Assembly (NCBI GenBank): GCA_002104945.1
Contig: MCFH01000045.1
Span: 186,001-250,000, forward strand
DNA: 64,000 nucleotides
DNA from: Piromyces finnis finn
Taxonomy: Eukaryota; Fungi; Neocallimastigomycota
Direction: 5' to 3'
Position numbers and translations under genes: made by a program. Below, piece by piece: positions 40,680-54,855 of this stretch (position 1 is the stretch's first letter; the number at the start of each line of letters is the position of its first letter). The notes below the pieces were generated by a model that did no database searches, was not told the origin of the DNA, and saw only the letters and a program-made list of their open reading frames with translations.

Positions 40680-42199
40680 TTAGTTATTTCCCATAATTTG
40701 TTGTTTTAATCTGTAATGTTCTTCGGCTAATACCATCATTTCTTCATCATTAATCATAGGATCTTTAATTTCCCAGACATTAGTTTTACCACCAACAGAG
40801 AATTCAAGATCTTCTTTAGTAATAGAATCCCAATATTTATAAATCATCATAACACTAAGTAAGGTAAAGACATCTCCCCAGAATAAACCATCTAAATAGT
40901 GATCACCCATGTTACAAATTAATTCAGATAATAAATATTGACCGATAACACCAATAACGAAGAAAGCAATACTGAATAAGATATCACCTAATGGCCAACG
41001 ATCATCCAAAGTTTTTATAACTAAAATGATTTGTAAAACAACATAGATTAAAATAGTAGCTGGGCAGAAAACAAAGTAAATTAAATAAAGCATAACAGGA
41101 TTACTACTACTGAAACCAGCAAAAGATTTAAAGGTAGCAATTGAAACAAAGAAGGAAGCAAGGAAACCAACAATAGCACTACCTCTTATAATCTTTTATT
41201 TAAAAAATAAATGAAAATTATATAATGAAACATATATTATATTATTATAATATTATTATATTAATTATAAATGTCAGATTATTTATTTAATAATAATAAA
41301 AATAAAAAAAAAAGTGTCTTCAAATTTAAAAAAAAATAATCATTTACCCAAAGAGATGTAGCTGTACCATCTTCAGCCCATTGGAATCCAACAAAACCAT
41401 TAAGTAATAATATTATGTATGTAGCAATAACCATACCATTATACATCGCTACAACATACTTTTTTTTTTTTTTTCATTAAAAGTATATATAAATAATTAA
41501 ATAGAATTAATTATTATAATTTTTTCAAAATATATATTAAAATATTAATAATACATAATATTAATGATATTTTACAGGATATATTGAAAGTGCAGCAGGA
41601 ATAGCACCGGAATCAAGCATTAATTCAATAATAATAACAATCATATAGGAATAGAAGAATAATACAATTTCCTTACGACCTTTATTAAAAATAATATATA
41701 TATGAATATATGGTTAATTTTTATTCTATTTTTTTTTTTTTTTTTTTTGTAATTATTATAATTTTTTTTTCTATTCTTTTGCTTCTTACCAACAGCAGTA
41801 TATTTTGATTTGATATGATAAATCATGATAGATGTCATAATTAAAGCAATAAATAATATAGCAATTGTTGCTGTTTTTTTAAAAAAAAATTTTTAATAAT
41901 ATTTAATTTTTATAATTTAAAATAGCGTTAATTTAAATTTTTTCTTTAAAATTTTTTTATCTTTAAAAAAATATACAAAGAAGATATTGAATAATAATAT
42001 TTATTATGAATTTATATATATAATAATGTAATATTACAAATTATTTACCTGGTTGGAACAAAAGGTTGCCACCAATATCGATATTTCTTGCATAGCACTT
42101 TGGTTCTATTTTATCACCAACTAAAGCACAAAATGGCATAACCACTTGATTACAAAAGTAATCAAATGACCCAAATGTAAAAGGAACGTCCATAGGCAT
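40680..42199 (-). CDS. CHS7: Chitin synthase export chaperone (multi-exon, multi-TM)
   Basis: [46 protein letters not shown]|[18 protein letters not shown] and [37 protein letters not shown] are Chs7-family motifs. Confidence 0.93.
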
Positions 42200-43340
42200 T
42201 TTGAATAACTTATTATTTGTTTAAAAGGTATAAAAGATGTTGTATTTGGAGTTTAATCAAAATGAATAATATAGATTTCAAATTGTTGTTTATTTTTATT
42301 TTATTATATCAATGTTATTTCCAAAAAAAATTAATTATTATATTTTATAGGAGTATATAAATTTCAGATATATTGATTAAAATAAAAAATGATATATTTA
42401 TTGATTATATATGAATATCGATGTGAATAGGGTATTGAATTATTATTTTTTTTAAATATGAATAAACGATTATTTCTCTGATAATTTCCCTTTATTAATT
42501 CAATTTTTTGTATATATTACAATGGTATATTTCTGTAATGATATGAAAAATGTTCTTTAAGTTTAAAAAAAAAGAAAGAGAATATTTTCAAACTTGATAT
42601 TTCATATATAAAGGTTATGCATATATATATTAGATAAATATAAATATAAATTAAAACAATTTAGTAATAAAATACATTAAAAATTATTAAATAATAATTG
42701 AGTAATAATTATAATAGTTTTTTCTTCATTCAAAAGAATATTTATGTCAATTATTTTCCATATATATTGTTAGTATTATTGTAAGAAACTTTATTTTAAT
42801 ATAATACTTTTTTTTATTATTATTGATATATTAAAATATATTATCAAAAGCTTTTACTATATTTATATTTGAAAATATTATCTCAATATTTTAAGTAAAT
42901 GTTAACATTTTTTAATTCAGTTTCTAAATGTCAACTTCATTTGTAAAATTTATGTTCTTCAAAATTATTCTTCATTATTTCATTCTTCTATTAATTTTAA
43001 TAATATTTTTCTCTTTTATTAGACATTTTACCTTGTATATCCTTCTTCTATTTCTCTTTTTTCATAAAAGAATATATTTTCATATCTTTTTATTATAACT
43101 ATTTTTTTGTTACACTTTTATTGAACCAAAAAAAGCAATAAAAAGAAAAAAAAATAAAATAAAAATAAAAAATATTAAAATTAATAAAAATTATATTTAT
43201 TAATAAAAATAATAATTTAAATATTAAAATAGATTTTATATATTACAATATAAATGAATATATTTTAAAAGTATAATTTATTAAAAAGACAAATCATAAT
43301 TTTAATTTATAATAAAACTCAACTATAAATTAATAAAAAA

Positions 43341-43383
43341 ATATATACATTATATACATTATATACATTATATACATTATATA
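43341..43383. repeat. (TATACATTA)n minisatellite, about 4 units
   Basis: atatatacattatatacattatatacattatatacattatata. Confidence 0.7.
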
Positions 43384-45830
43384 TCATTTATTTTTTAAAA
43401 AAAAAAGGTATTATTATTTTTTTTTACCTATTAATATTATATTTTTGACCTTTTAAAACAATTTTTTTTTTCTAATTTAAATAATGCTTTATTATTCTTT
43501 TTTTTAATTAATATTCAGAAGTAACTTTCTACTTTTATATAGTTAGAAACATGAATTTCTTTATATATAGGATTAAAATTATTTAAAATTAAAAAAAAAT
43601 TAATTATAATCATTAACAAATATAGGAAATAAAATTAATTTAAAAAAAATTAATTAAAAATAAAAAAAAAAAATAATAATACATAATAAGAATAATACAA
43701 AAAATAAAGTAATTTTAAATATAGAAAAAATATAAAAATAATATTATAAATTAACATTTAAAAGAAACAGAGAAAAAAATAATAATATAGAAATATACTA
43801 TCATTACACTTTATAATTAAAAAAACTTATTAGTTAAAGTGTATTAAAAGTAAGTTATAATTAAAAGAAAAAAGAAAAATGTAATAAAGAAAGAAACTCA
43901 AATAACAGTTGATTTTATGTGTATACCAGAATTCTTTTTTTTTTATATTTCATTAATAGTAATAGAAAACCTTGTTTGTATTAAATATATATATTAAATT
44001 TATAATGAATAGTTTTAAGAATGAGTAAATGTTGTATTAATTTAATTTAAAATTAAGGTATTAAGATTTCAGATTTTTTTATTTTTTGGTAAAAAAAATT
44101 CATAATTCTTTCATGCATTCAATTATAAATAAAATTAATTATAAAAATAAAAATAGGTAAAAAGTAAAAAGAATATATTTTTTTATTAAATATGAAAAAA
44201 TGATTGTATGGATGGGTGATATTGATAAGTTAAAATAGTAATATTAATTTATATAGGTATAATTATATAAACTTAATCTCTAAATATAAATTGCTAAAAT
44301 TAATATAATATATTTTAAAGAATTATAAATGTAATTCAAAGTTATACCTGAACTAACAATGGGAAGTTCATATTTATATAGATAAAAAATAAATATTTTT
44401 ATTAAACATATTTCTAAAATAATAAAAATAACATATTTTCTTTTAAATGATATTATCTAAAAAATGCATTATACTTTAATTTCTTTGAAATATTATTAAT
44501 GTTATCTTTTATATTTATTATTTATGTCAATGATAAAAAATAATTTTTTTTAATAAAATAGTAAACATTATAATAAAAGATATTTTATTACTATAAACTT
44601 AAAATATTATTATTTATTTATCAAAACACCTACAACTAAACTGTGAATGATAAATATTTATTAAACTGTGGATTAAAAATTAAAATTATCAAAGAAACAT
44701 CAAATAATTTTTAATATTTTTTTTTTTCATACTAATATAAAGTTTGATAACATTTATTTTGTTCAAATTGTCATTAATTGTAGATATAATAAACCATTTA
44801 TTAAAAATTTTCTATTTGGTTTATTATATTTAATATTTAGTAAATCTCGTCTTTTCTTTTAATTACAAATATATGTATATATATAATTAAAATAATATAT
44901 ATAAAAAGAAACAAACGTAATATATACATAGAGAAATGATTGTATTATACATATTAATACAACTAACATTCATGTATAAGGATATGACTTTTGAATTTTA
45001 TCTTTGAAATATCTTAATAATTGACAGAAAATTACATTTCTAATTTTTTTTTTCAAAAAATCGTTTACTATTTTATTATTAATAATAATTGAACAAGCAT
45101 ATTATATAAAACCTTGCTTTTTCACCTTTTTTTTTTTTTTTAAAAAAATCAAACTTTATGAAAATAAAAATTACTATAAATTCGAAAAGATTCAAAAGAA
45201 TGACAATTAATATTTCTATAGATGCATTAACAAGATATTTATAATTTTTTATTAATAAAATAGATTTTAATATTTTTAGAATGAATAGTTTTTAAAAATT
45301 TTCATATAGTTATTTTGGTTATGTAATGGTTTAAATAAAAAAAAAAGAAAGAAATATGTAGTGTTTATATTAATAAATAATTAATTATAAACAATTGTTA
45401 ACATTTTAGGAAATAAAAAGAAAAAATCCATTTATTATTAATAGGGAAAAAATCATATGAAAAGCATATTAATATGAAAAAAAGAAAAAGAAAATTAATT
45501 TCTTTTTTATTAACAAGTTGGATTAAATTCCGCAAACTCCAATTATCCATATTTATATAAATATATCAAAATGGATAGGAATAATTTTTGTTTTTTCTTT
45601 TAAAATATAAACATAAATAAACAGGTAAATTAGAGTACTTTTAACTAAGAATTGTTTTTTTTTTTTTTTTTTTTTTATATTAATGTAAATTTAATAAAGA
45701 ATTTGTAATTTATACAAGATTGATATAAATACACTATATAGTATTATTAATTATTTAAATTTAATTTGTATATTTTTAATTTTTTAAATTTAAAAAAAAA
45801 AAAAAAAAAAAGACAATATTAGAAAACAAA

Positions 45831-48017
45831 ATGTTTTACATTAAAAAGTTACCCGAAAGAGAAAAAAATCCCGAAACTTGTTGTGCCTCTGTAAAGAAAG
45901 GAAAAGAATATATTAATCCAGTATGTAAATTATAATTTTAAAAAAGCAAAAAATATTAATTATATAAGTATGAAAAAATTTTAAACAATGAAATTGAATT
46001 AATTTTAAAATAAAAGAAATTAGTAAATAATATATAGTTTTCACTTTTTTTTTATGTATTAAAAAATATATAATTAATTATTTCGAGTGTAATATTAGAT
46101 TAGGATAAATAGAAAGTAAAAAGTAAATTAAGTTTAAAAAGTTGTTGATATATACATTATCATTTAGTATTGATTTAATTTTAAATATACAATCAATAAA
46201 TGTAGCTATATTAAATAAATAAGTAATTTAAACTAACAACTTACATCTTATTGTATATTGTAATAATAGTGGCCATCTGCTACTCCAAGAGAAGCTTCAA
46301 AAGAAGTTAAGGGTATTGAATCCTTATTTATGGAGTATATTAAAAATGCTTTTCGCAGTAAGGAAAAAAATCAAAAATTAAAGGTTGAGCTTGACTTAAA
46401 AGCCATAAATGACTATGCTGAAGATGATAAGAATATTGCTTTACAATTAACATGGCTTGGTCATGCTGCCTTTTTATTACAAAGTTAGTTTTTTTTTTCT
46501 AAATATATATATAATGTTATTTTTAAATATTAATGTAATAATCAATAATTTTTATAACAATCTATTCATATTTCATCCCCTCATTATTTATCAATATTAA
46601 TTATGAATAGTTAATACATTCACAATATTATTTGATCCATTTTTATCAATAAGGTATAATATTTATTTTAGAAAGAACCTTTTTTTTTTTTTTTTTAATT
46701 TTTAATTATTTAAACATTTTATAATTATACCTTTTTTTTTCTTGTTTTTTTTTTTAATTATTTCAATCTATTTTTATTTGTATTTTTTATAGAGCATCAC
46801 CAGTTAGTTTTGCTGGACCATATCGTTGTAGAGGAAGAGGTTTTAAGAGTTTTTCTGAACTTCCACCAATTGATTTTGTTATCATTAGTCATAATCAGTA
46901 TGTAGATATTTTCAAATAATAAACAATAATAATAATAATAGTAATAATAATAAAATAGAATCAAACAATGGCAATAAATATCAAATTTTAAACTTTTTTA
47001 TATAAATATTTATATAGTTATGATCATTTAGATAAATATACAATTAAAGAAATATTTGCTGATGAAAGAAATAAAAAAAGAACTCATATCTTATGTCCTT
47101 TGGATTTAAAAAAATGGTTTAAAGGTATAGGTATTCCAGAAGATCAAGTTACTGAATGTGATTGGTGGGATGAAAATGAAGTTACAATTATTCCTGAATC
47201 CGTCAATGTTTCTGATGAAACTGCTCTCAACGAGGCATTAACTTCTTCCTCTAATAGAAAAATTACTATTTGTACAGTTCCAAATCAACATTTTAGTGGA
47301 CGTTCTACAAATGATAGAAACCAAACTTTATGGGCTGGTTGGGTAATTAAAAGTCAAGATTGTAGTTATTATTTTGCAGGGTAATTATTATTTTTTAATA
47401 TTTTAAAATTATTTTTATAATTCGAAACTTTTTTCTTTTTTTTTTTTTAAATAAAAAGAGTTATTTTATATTAATTAATATTAAATATATTTTTTTAATA
47501 ATATTTTTTTGTATAAAAAATAATAGGGATACTGGTTATCGATCTCTTCCAGATATATGTCCAGAAGAAGAAATTGATAACTATCCATATTGTCCAGTTT
47601 TTAAACAAATTGGTAATATTCATGGTCCTTTTGATATTGCTAGTATTCCTGTTGGCCCTGTCTTACCACCCCATATGATGAGTTCAGTTCATACCACTGC
47701 TAGAGTATGCTTAATATATGCTTTAATAATTATTTTTGATATATTTATGAATATTTCAAAAAATAAAATAAAAATATTATTAATAATAAAAATTTATTTA
47801 ATAATCTATTTTATAGGATGCTGTTGATCTTCATATAGATTGTAAATCAAAACACTCCGTTGCTATGCATTGGGGTACTATCGAAAATCTTGGTATAGAC
47901 GATATTGAAAGTGGTCCAGCTGAACTTCGTGAAGCCCTAGATAAAAAAAGTATACCTCATGATGAATTTCATGATGTTTATATTGGTCAAACTATTAAGA
48001 TTGAAAAGAAAAATTAA
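45831..48017 (+). CDS. NAPE-PLD/Fmp30-like metallo-beta-lactamase-fold phospholipase D, copy 1
   Basis: MFYIKKLPERE...TCCASVKKGKEYINP|WPS...LTWLGHAAFLLQ|..ILFDPFLS.|RASP...IDFVIISHNH|YDHLD...CDWW...PNQHFSGR...LWAGW...YFAG|DTGY...GPFDIASIPVG...H...|DAVDLH...MHWGT. Stop at 48015-48017. Confidence 0.9.
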
Positions 48018-48153
48018 AAAATTAGTAATATAAAATAATAATAATAAAAAAACATGTAATATAGAAAACAGTAATTTTTTTTTTTCAATTTAAACTAATT
48101 TTTACAATATAGTAATAGAAAAAATATTCTACTACTACTACTAATAAATAAAT

Positions 48154-48154
<1 letters not shown>

Positions 48155-48209
<55 letters not shown>

Positions 48210-48210
48210 A
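48155..48210. repeat. (AAAT)n microsatellite
   Basis: About 13 consecutive AAAT units downstream of NAPE-PLD copy 1. Confidence 0.85.
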
Positions 48211-48694
48211 TGAATAGATAAATAAATAGATAAATATTTAATAAAATAAATAAATAATTAATTAATTTAGAGTAATGTCTCCAATTAAAATACAAAAAAT
48301 CACAAGTTTTTTTTTTATTAAATTTTAACTTGTAATTAAAAAAAGTAGAAAAAGGTTGGTTTGAATAAAAACTTTTACTTTTAACTTGTAATTAAAAAAA
48401 AAAAAAAGCTAATAAAGAAAAAAAAATAAAGGAATTCATTCATATAAGATACTATTAATTAAAAGTAAATAAATCATTTTTTACAATATAGTTATAAACT
48501 ATAAACATTTAGGTTTAAAAATTTAAAAAAAAAATATTATTAAATATATCAAAGTTTGACAGCAAAATATCTCTATTTTTAATTAGTGTTACTTTTTTTT
48601 TTTTATATTAAACATTATTTATTACTATTGACAGTATGTTAACTATTTTTAATTCACACCAATGGAAATATAATATTTTTAATATAATTGAAAG

Positions 48695-51274
48695 ATGTAT
48701 CATATAAAAAAGTTACCAGAAAGACAAAAGGATCCAGAAACTTGTTGTGCTTCTGTTAAAATAGGAAATAAATATATCAATCCTGTAAGTTTTCATATTT
48801 TGTTTATAATAAGTTTTTAATTTTTTTTATAAAAAAAAGGGAAGCCAAAGAGATTAAATAATTATATGCGTAAAAAAAAAAAAAGGAAGAATTTATTTTT
48901 CATTATTTTTAAATAAATTTAACAATTAAAATTTGTGCAATTTAAATAAATTTTTTGAGATTATTTAAAATTCAAAGTAAATCAAAATATGAAATTTTAT
49001 TTCTTTTTTTTTTTTTTATTTATTTATTTTTTAATAAATTAAAAAAAAAAAAAAAAGACAAAAAAATATAATGTTCTTATATAATTTTTGCTTGGTTTGT
49101 TTTTTATCTTTCAATAGGTAAAAATTTAAAAGTTTATAATTAGTCTTTAAATATATTAAAATTAATTGAATAATTAAATTTAGAAATGTAATTGTATTTA
49201 TTTAAATTAATAATAATACAAAATCTCTTCCTCTTTTTTATTTTTAGTTAAAAAAAAAAAAAAAATGAAAATTTAAATTTCATTTTAAACAAAAAATTTA
49301 AAATAAAATATTGCAAAACAATAAAATATATATATATAATAAATTTTTTGATAATTTTTATTATTTTTTTTTTTTCATTTAGTGGCCATCAGCTACCAGA
49401 AGAGAAGCTTCAAAAAATAGTATTCCTGTTGGAAAATTATTTGATTTTCTTAAAACTTCTATAACTACACCAGATAGAAATCAAAAATTAAAAGTTGATG
49501 TTGATTTAAAAGCTATTAATGATTTTCATGAAGATGATAAAAATGTCGCTTTACAATTAACTTGGCTTGGTCATGCTGCTTTTTTATTACAAAGTCTGGA
49601 TTTTAACATATTTTTTTTTTTTTTTTTTATATTTATAAAATTTATTTAAATTTTCATTATAATTATGGATAATTTTGATTGACCAGATTATATATTTTAA
49701 ATAATATATATGTTTAGTTAATACATTTACTATTCTTTTTGATCCATTTTTATCAAAAAGGTATTTTTCGGGGATTTTTTTCCCCTTATATTATATACAT
49801 AATATACATAAATTCTATTTTTTTTTTTTATTTTTTTATTTTTTTTAATATAAAAAGAGTATTAAATGAATTAATGAAATTTTTATGATATATACGTATA
49901 TTATAAATATATATAGAGCTTCTCCAATTAACGTTGCTGGTCCATATCGTTGTAGAGATAGAGGTTTCAAAAGTTTTTCTGAATTACCACCAATTGATTT
50001 CGTTATTCTTAGTCATAATCAGTATATACCCCATTATTATTTCATTATTATTTTAAAAAAATTAATAATTTAAATCATTTTTATTGGTTTTATATTAAAT
50101 CAGAAAAAAAAATATTCATTATTATCATTATTGTTTTTATAATAATTATTAAAAAAAAAAAAAAAAAAAGCTATGATCATTTGGATAAATGGACAATTCA
50201 AGAAATTTTTAAAGAAGAAAAAAATAAAAAGACCAATATTTTTTGTCCATTAGATTTAAAGAAATGGTTTGTTGGTCTCGGTATTCCTGAAGATCAAGTT
50301 CATGAATGTGACTGGTGGGATGATAATGAAATCACTCGAATTCCAGAATCTGTTGACATGTCTAATGAAACTCAACTTAATGAAGCTTTAATTTCTTCTT
50401 CTAATAGAAAAATTACTATTTGTACTGTTCCATGTCAACATTTTAGTGCTCGTTCTTTATTTGATCGTGATCAAACTTTATGGGCTGGTTGGGTTATTAA
50501 AAGTCAAGATGTTAAATATTACTTTGCAGGGTAAAATTCTTAAAGTTTATATCTATATCTATATCTATATATCTAAATATCTTTTTTATACTTTGCATAA
50601 AGAAAAAATCTTAGTTAAATTTAAATCAATAATATAAAATTAATATATATATATATATATTTTCTTCTATTTTTATACGTATAGTGATACTGGTTATCGT
50701 TCTCTTCCAGATGAATGTCCTGAAGAAGAAATTGATAACTATCCATATTGTCCAGTTTTTAAACAAATTGGTAATATTCATGGTCCTTTTGATATTGCTA
50801 GTATTCCCGTTGGTCCAATTATTCCACCACATATGATGAGTCCAGTTCATACTACAGCTAGAGTAAATATTTTAAATAGTTAAAAACCATTATTATATTA
50901 CTTAAAAATAGTAAAAAAAAATCTTTTTGATAGTATTATATTATTAATAAATGATTATTAATTATATATGTATGAATAGGATGCTGTTGATATTCATATT
51001 GACTGTAAATCAAAACATTCAGTAGCCATGCATTGGGGTGTGTATAAACACTTTTTTTTCCTATATTACAAATTTTTTATTGATAACTATATTAAATATG
51101 TTTTGGCATATGTTTAAATGATAATTCATAGGTACTGTTGAAAATCTTGGTACAGATGATATTGAAATGGCTCCAATTATGCTTCATGAAGCATTAAAAA
51201 AGAAAAATATTTCACAAGATGACTTTAGTGAAGTTTATATTGGTCAAATTATAAAAATTGAAAAAAAAAATTAA
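48695..51274 (+). CDS. NAPE-PLD/Fmp30-like phospholipase D, copy 2
   Basis: MYHIKKLPERQKDPETCCAS..., TWLGH, SHNHYDHLD, PCQHFSAR, AGDTGY and MHWG|T. Exon pattern matches copy 1 plus one extra intron (51038-51131). Confidence 0.9.
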
Positions 51275-51584
51275 ATAAAATGAAATTACTTTCAGTCATC
51301 CTTTAATTAAAATATAAACATCATGTAATGAAGTATATTTTCATTAATTTAACAAAAATATATATATATATATAATATAAAACGTAAGATATAAAATATC
51401 TATCAATTAATTTTGCAAATAATAACACAAAAGCATCTTTTAAAACTGAAGAAAATAATAATATATACTTAAAAAAATGTAAAGACGAAATTAAAACAAA
51501 TAAATATATAAAATGAAAGAAAGAATGAAAAAAAATAAAAAACTATAAAAAACAAAGAAAGAAAATAAAAGAGGTCTTTTAAAA

Positions 51585-51658
51585 CTGGCTAAAAGTCTAA
51601 CAGAGATTGAATTTCTTCTGGTCAAAAAGTATGGCTAAAATTGCCAAAAATCTAGGAT
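51585..51658 (+). repeat. Short dispersed repeat, copy B
   Basis: GAATTTCTTCTGG (51609-51621), a 13-nt insert, then CTAAAATTGCCAAAAATCTAGGAT (51635-51658). It matches 438-474. Confidence 0.7.
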
Positions 51659-52428
51659 AATTTTAAATGTAAAAATTGATTTGTTTATTTTATTCTGTAT
51701 AATTTTTTAAAATAGAATATTAATTTTACTTTTTTAATGTTGCACAAATCTAACCATCCGTAACTTTATTTTGGTGGTAAAAATAAATTAAAATGATAAA
51801 ATAAAATTTATTTATTTTAATAATTTTTCATTCATTTATTTTAAATAACGAAAAAAAAATTTTTTTTGTTTTGTTTTCGTTTTTTTAAACAATGAACAAA
51901 AAAAGATTAAAATTTAAAAATAATAGTAAAGAAGAAAAAGGAAAAGCTCGATAAATATCAAAAAAATATAAAACAATTGGATATAAAAATTAAACTAATA
52001 TACTAATATTTAGTTTTTAAAATAGTAAAAACATTTTAAATAATAAAATTATTAGAATTGCAATTTAGTTTTTTTTTTTTTTTTTTTTTTGAAATTTGAA
52101 ATTTGAAAATTGAAAGTAATAATATTATAGATTCCGTCTTAAATGCCATACTATAAATAAAATAAATAGGGAATCCGTAGTAATAAGAAAAGTTAAAATT
52201 AACTTTATTTCAATATTTAAATTTTATATGAATAAAAAAAATATATAAATTTAATGGGAAATTAAAAAATATATATAAAGAATAAATGAAAAAAAAAAAA
52301 AAAATAGTAATAATAAGAAAACAGTATATTTGAAAAAAAAAAAAAATTACTATCAAAACAACATATTCTTTTAAATTAATGAAATAAAAAATAAAAAAAA
52401 TACTAATTTATATATAATACTCAAAAAA

Positions 52429-54855
52429 ATGAATACTATATTTAATATATATAGCTTTTTAACTATTTTTTTCTTTTTAATTTTCAGATGTTTTTCAGAA
52501 GAAATAAATATCCAGATATTAGTTGAAAAACCGGATTTCATAAATAAGGAATATTGGAAAACATATTCATCATCAATAGAAAATTATTTAAAAAGCAATA
52601 TAAATGAAAAGGCTTTCAAGGATATTAATCTTAGTTTTTCCTATAATTTAAATGAATCTGTGGGTAAAGCGGAAGAAAGGGACTATAAAAATGATGTTAA
52701 ATATATTATTGAACAATTAAAAAGTTCTACTTACGATATGATGATTTTGGATGATAAATTTTTATTTAGTGATAATTCCTTTGTCGAAAGTTCATATATT
52801 AAGAACACTTTTAATGTTAGAAAAATATATCAATTTTATTATGATATGACCAAGGATATAAATAAAAATGATGTTCTATTTAATGATCCAAAGGTTCTTA
52901 AAGATGGCTATTATAACGAAAAATTGTATGGATTACCGTATGAATTAGATTTCGATTTATTATATTATAAAGATCATGAGAATACAAATCATCAAAATTT
53001 TGAAAAATTCTCTTGGAAAAACTTATTAAATTGGAATGATGAACCAAATAAAAAAACCCCGTTAGGTCTGGCCTTTGGCTATGATGATGAACTATTAAAT
53101 ATCTTTGCTGAATATACTTATAGTAACTATAATTTTTTGGAAGAAAAAGATACCAATTTTGAAATTTTTTATAATGACACTTCAAAAGAATTATTTCATT
53201 CCTTTAAAGAATTTGTTTCAAAATCATCTTCTCTACCCATGGAAAAACTTTTAAATACCACAATAGAAAATGCATATAATTCCTTTGTCGGTGATGAAAG
53301 TATATTTTTTAAAGGAAAGGCATCTCATTATAAATCACTAGTTCAGAGGAATAAAGTTTTTAATAACGAAAAAATATCTGCTCTATTGCCTCCAAATAAT
53401 TACAGTGTATTAATTAAAAAATATGTAATTATTAATAAAAATAGTAAAATTGATAAAAAATTATTAACCAAAGTTGCACTTCAACTTACCTCCAAGAAAA
53501 TGCAACTCTATAAAGCTAAACAATTTGGTAGTATACCAACTTTTAATATAGCACAAAGACATCGAGATTATTCTATTGAATCATATTTCCAAAATAATGC
53601 CATACTTGGTAATTTCTTAGAAAAGATGAATCGAATTTATATAAAAGATATTTTTAAAAGTCGGTATGCAGCTCCATTTATGGAAACAAGGTTATTTTTA
53701 CCCCAGGATTTAAGAAATTATTTAATACAGGATGATTTACCATCGATTATAAATGTATTTGAAAATATTAAAAATTTAGTTATGAAAAGATCGGATCATA
53801 AAGAAATTTCTTTCCTTTTTTTGTATATACCAATGATCGTATTTACTTTTGTATCCTTTTTAGTTATGCATTTAGTGTATAAATATAGAAAACATCCCAA
53901 TTTAAAAGTATTTTCACCTCATTTTTGTAATTTAGTTATTTTTGGATATGTTATGGATATCATTTTAACCCCTTATTTTATGATTCAAGATAATAGTATT
54001 TTTAAATGTCAAGTACAATATATTTATGAAACCGTTGTTACCATATTAATTCTTTTGCCATTAGTGGCCATTACCTTTCGTATCTATTCCATTTATAATA
54101 ATAAATCAAAGTTAATCAATGGCAATAAATTGGATAATCAGCATTTATTTATATACATATTACTATTCCTAAGTATAATGACTATTACTGTAACCGGTAT
54201 TACTCTATTTTTCTTGAAATTTTATATTATATCCTATGGTAATATTGATACCTATCGATTAGCTACATGTGATTATGATGGAGGAAATGGTTATGAACTT
54301 ATTGAACGTTTAATATATACCATCCTAGTAAGTATAGAGTATATATATTTATATATTTTTATATTTAAATTTCAACATGATGATATAAATATTTATTTAT
54401 TTATTTATTCTTTATCATATTTTATTATTCACTAAAAAAATATATTATTTCCAATACAATAATAGTTTTTCATAATGTTTATAATGATAATAAAAACCGG
54501 AAAAATTTCTAAACACTATGGTCAATTTAATTATATCTACGTCCTAATATTTACTTTTATGGTAGAAAGAATTATGGACACATTACTTGATAAATTACCA
54601 TCCAATCGTTACTTTTTATATTATGTTTTATTAATTATATTTTATATGATTTCAAATACTTTATGTATATATATATTAGTAGGAAATAAGTTGATACATA
54701 TTTTTAAACATCCAATACCTTCTGATTCCTACGATGAATTAAAAAGCGAAAATGATTATTCTACAAACATAGATTCCTATCAACGTTCAACCATGGAAAT
54801 GGAAATTGTTGAAGATGATTCAACAAAATCTAATAAAACTATATTAATTGGCTAA
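52429..54855 (+). CDS. Extracellular solute-binding (type II periplasmic-binding fold) domain fused to a class C-like 7TM GPCR domain; exons 52429-54327 and 54466-54855, about 762 aa
   Basis: Signal peptide; SBP-like segments (YDMMILDD, KDGYYNEKLYGLPYELDFDLLYY, ALQLTSKKMQLYKA); seven hydrophobic segments with class C-like KHPNLKVFSPHFCNLVIFG and CQVQY...TFRIYSIY. GTAAGT...AG intron at 54328-54465 keeps the frame. Confidence 0.82.

Noticed and set aside
36000-45800. Short AT-rich ORFs (e.g. 36828..37100, 41641..41838) and possible ncRNA or CRISPR-like repeats in long spacers
   Set aside because: Phe/Ile/Lys/Tyr-rich translations are typical of non-coding AT DNA. 41641..41838 is a CHS7 exon read into its intron. 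No tRNA, rRNA or regularly spaced repeat-spacer array was found.
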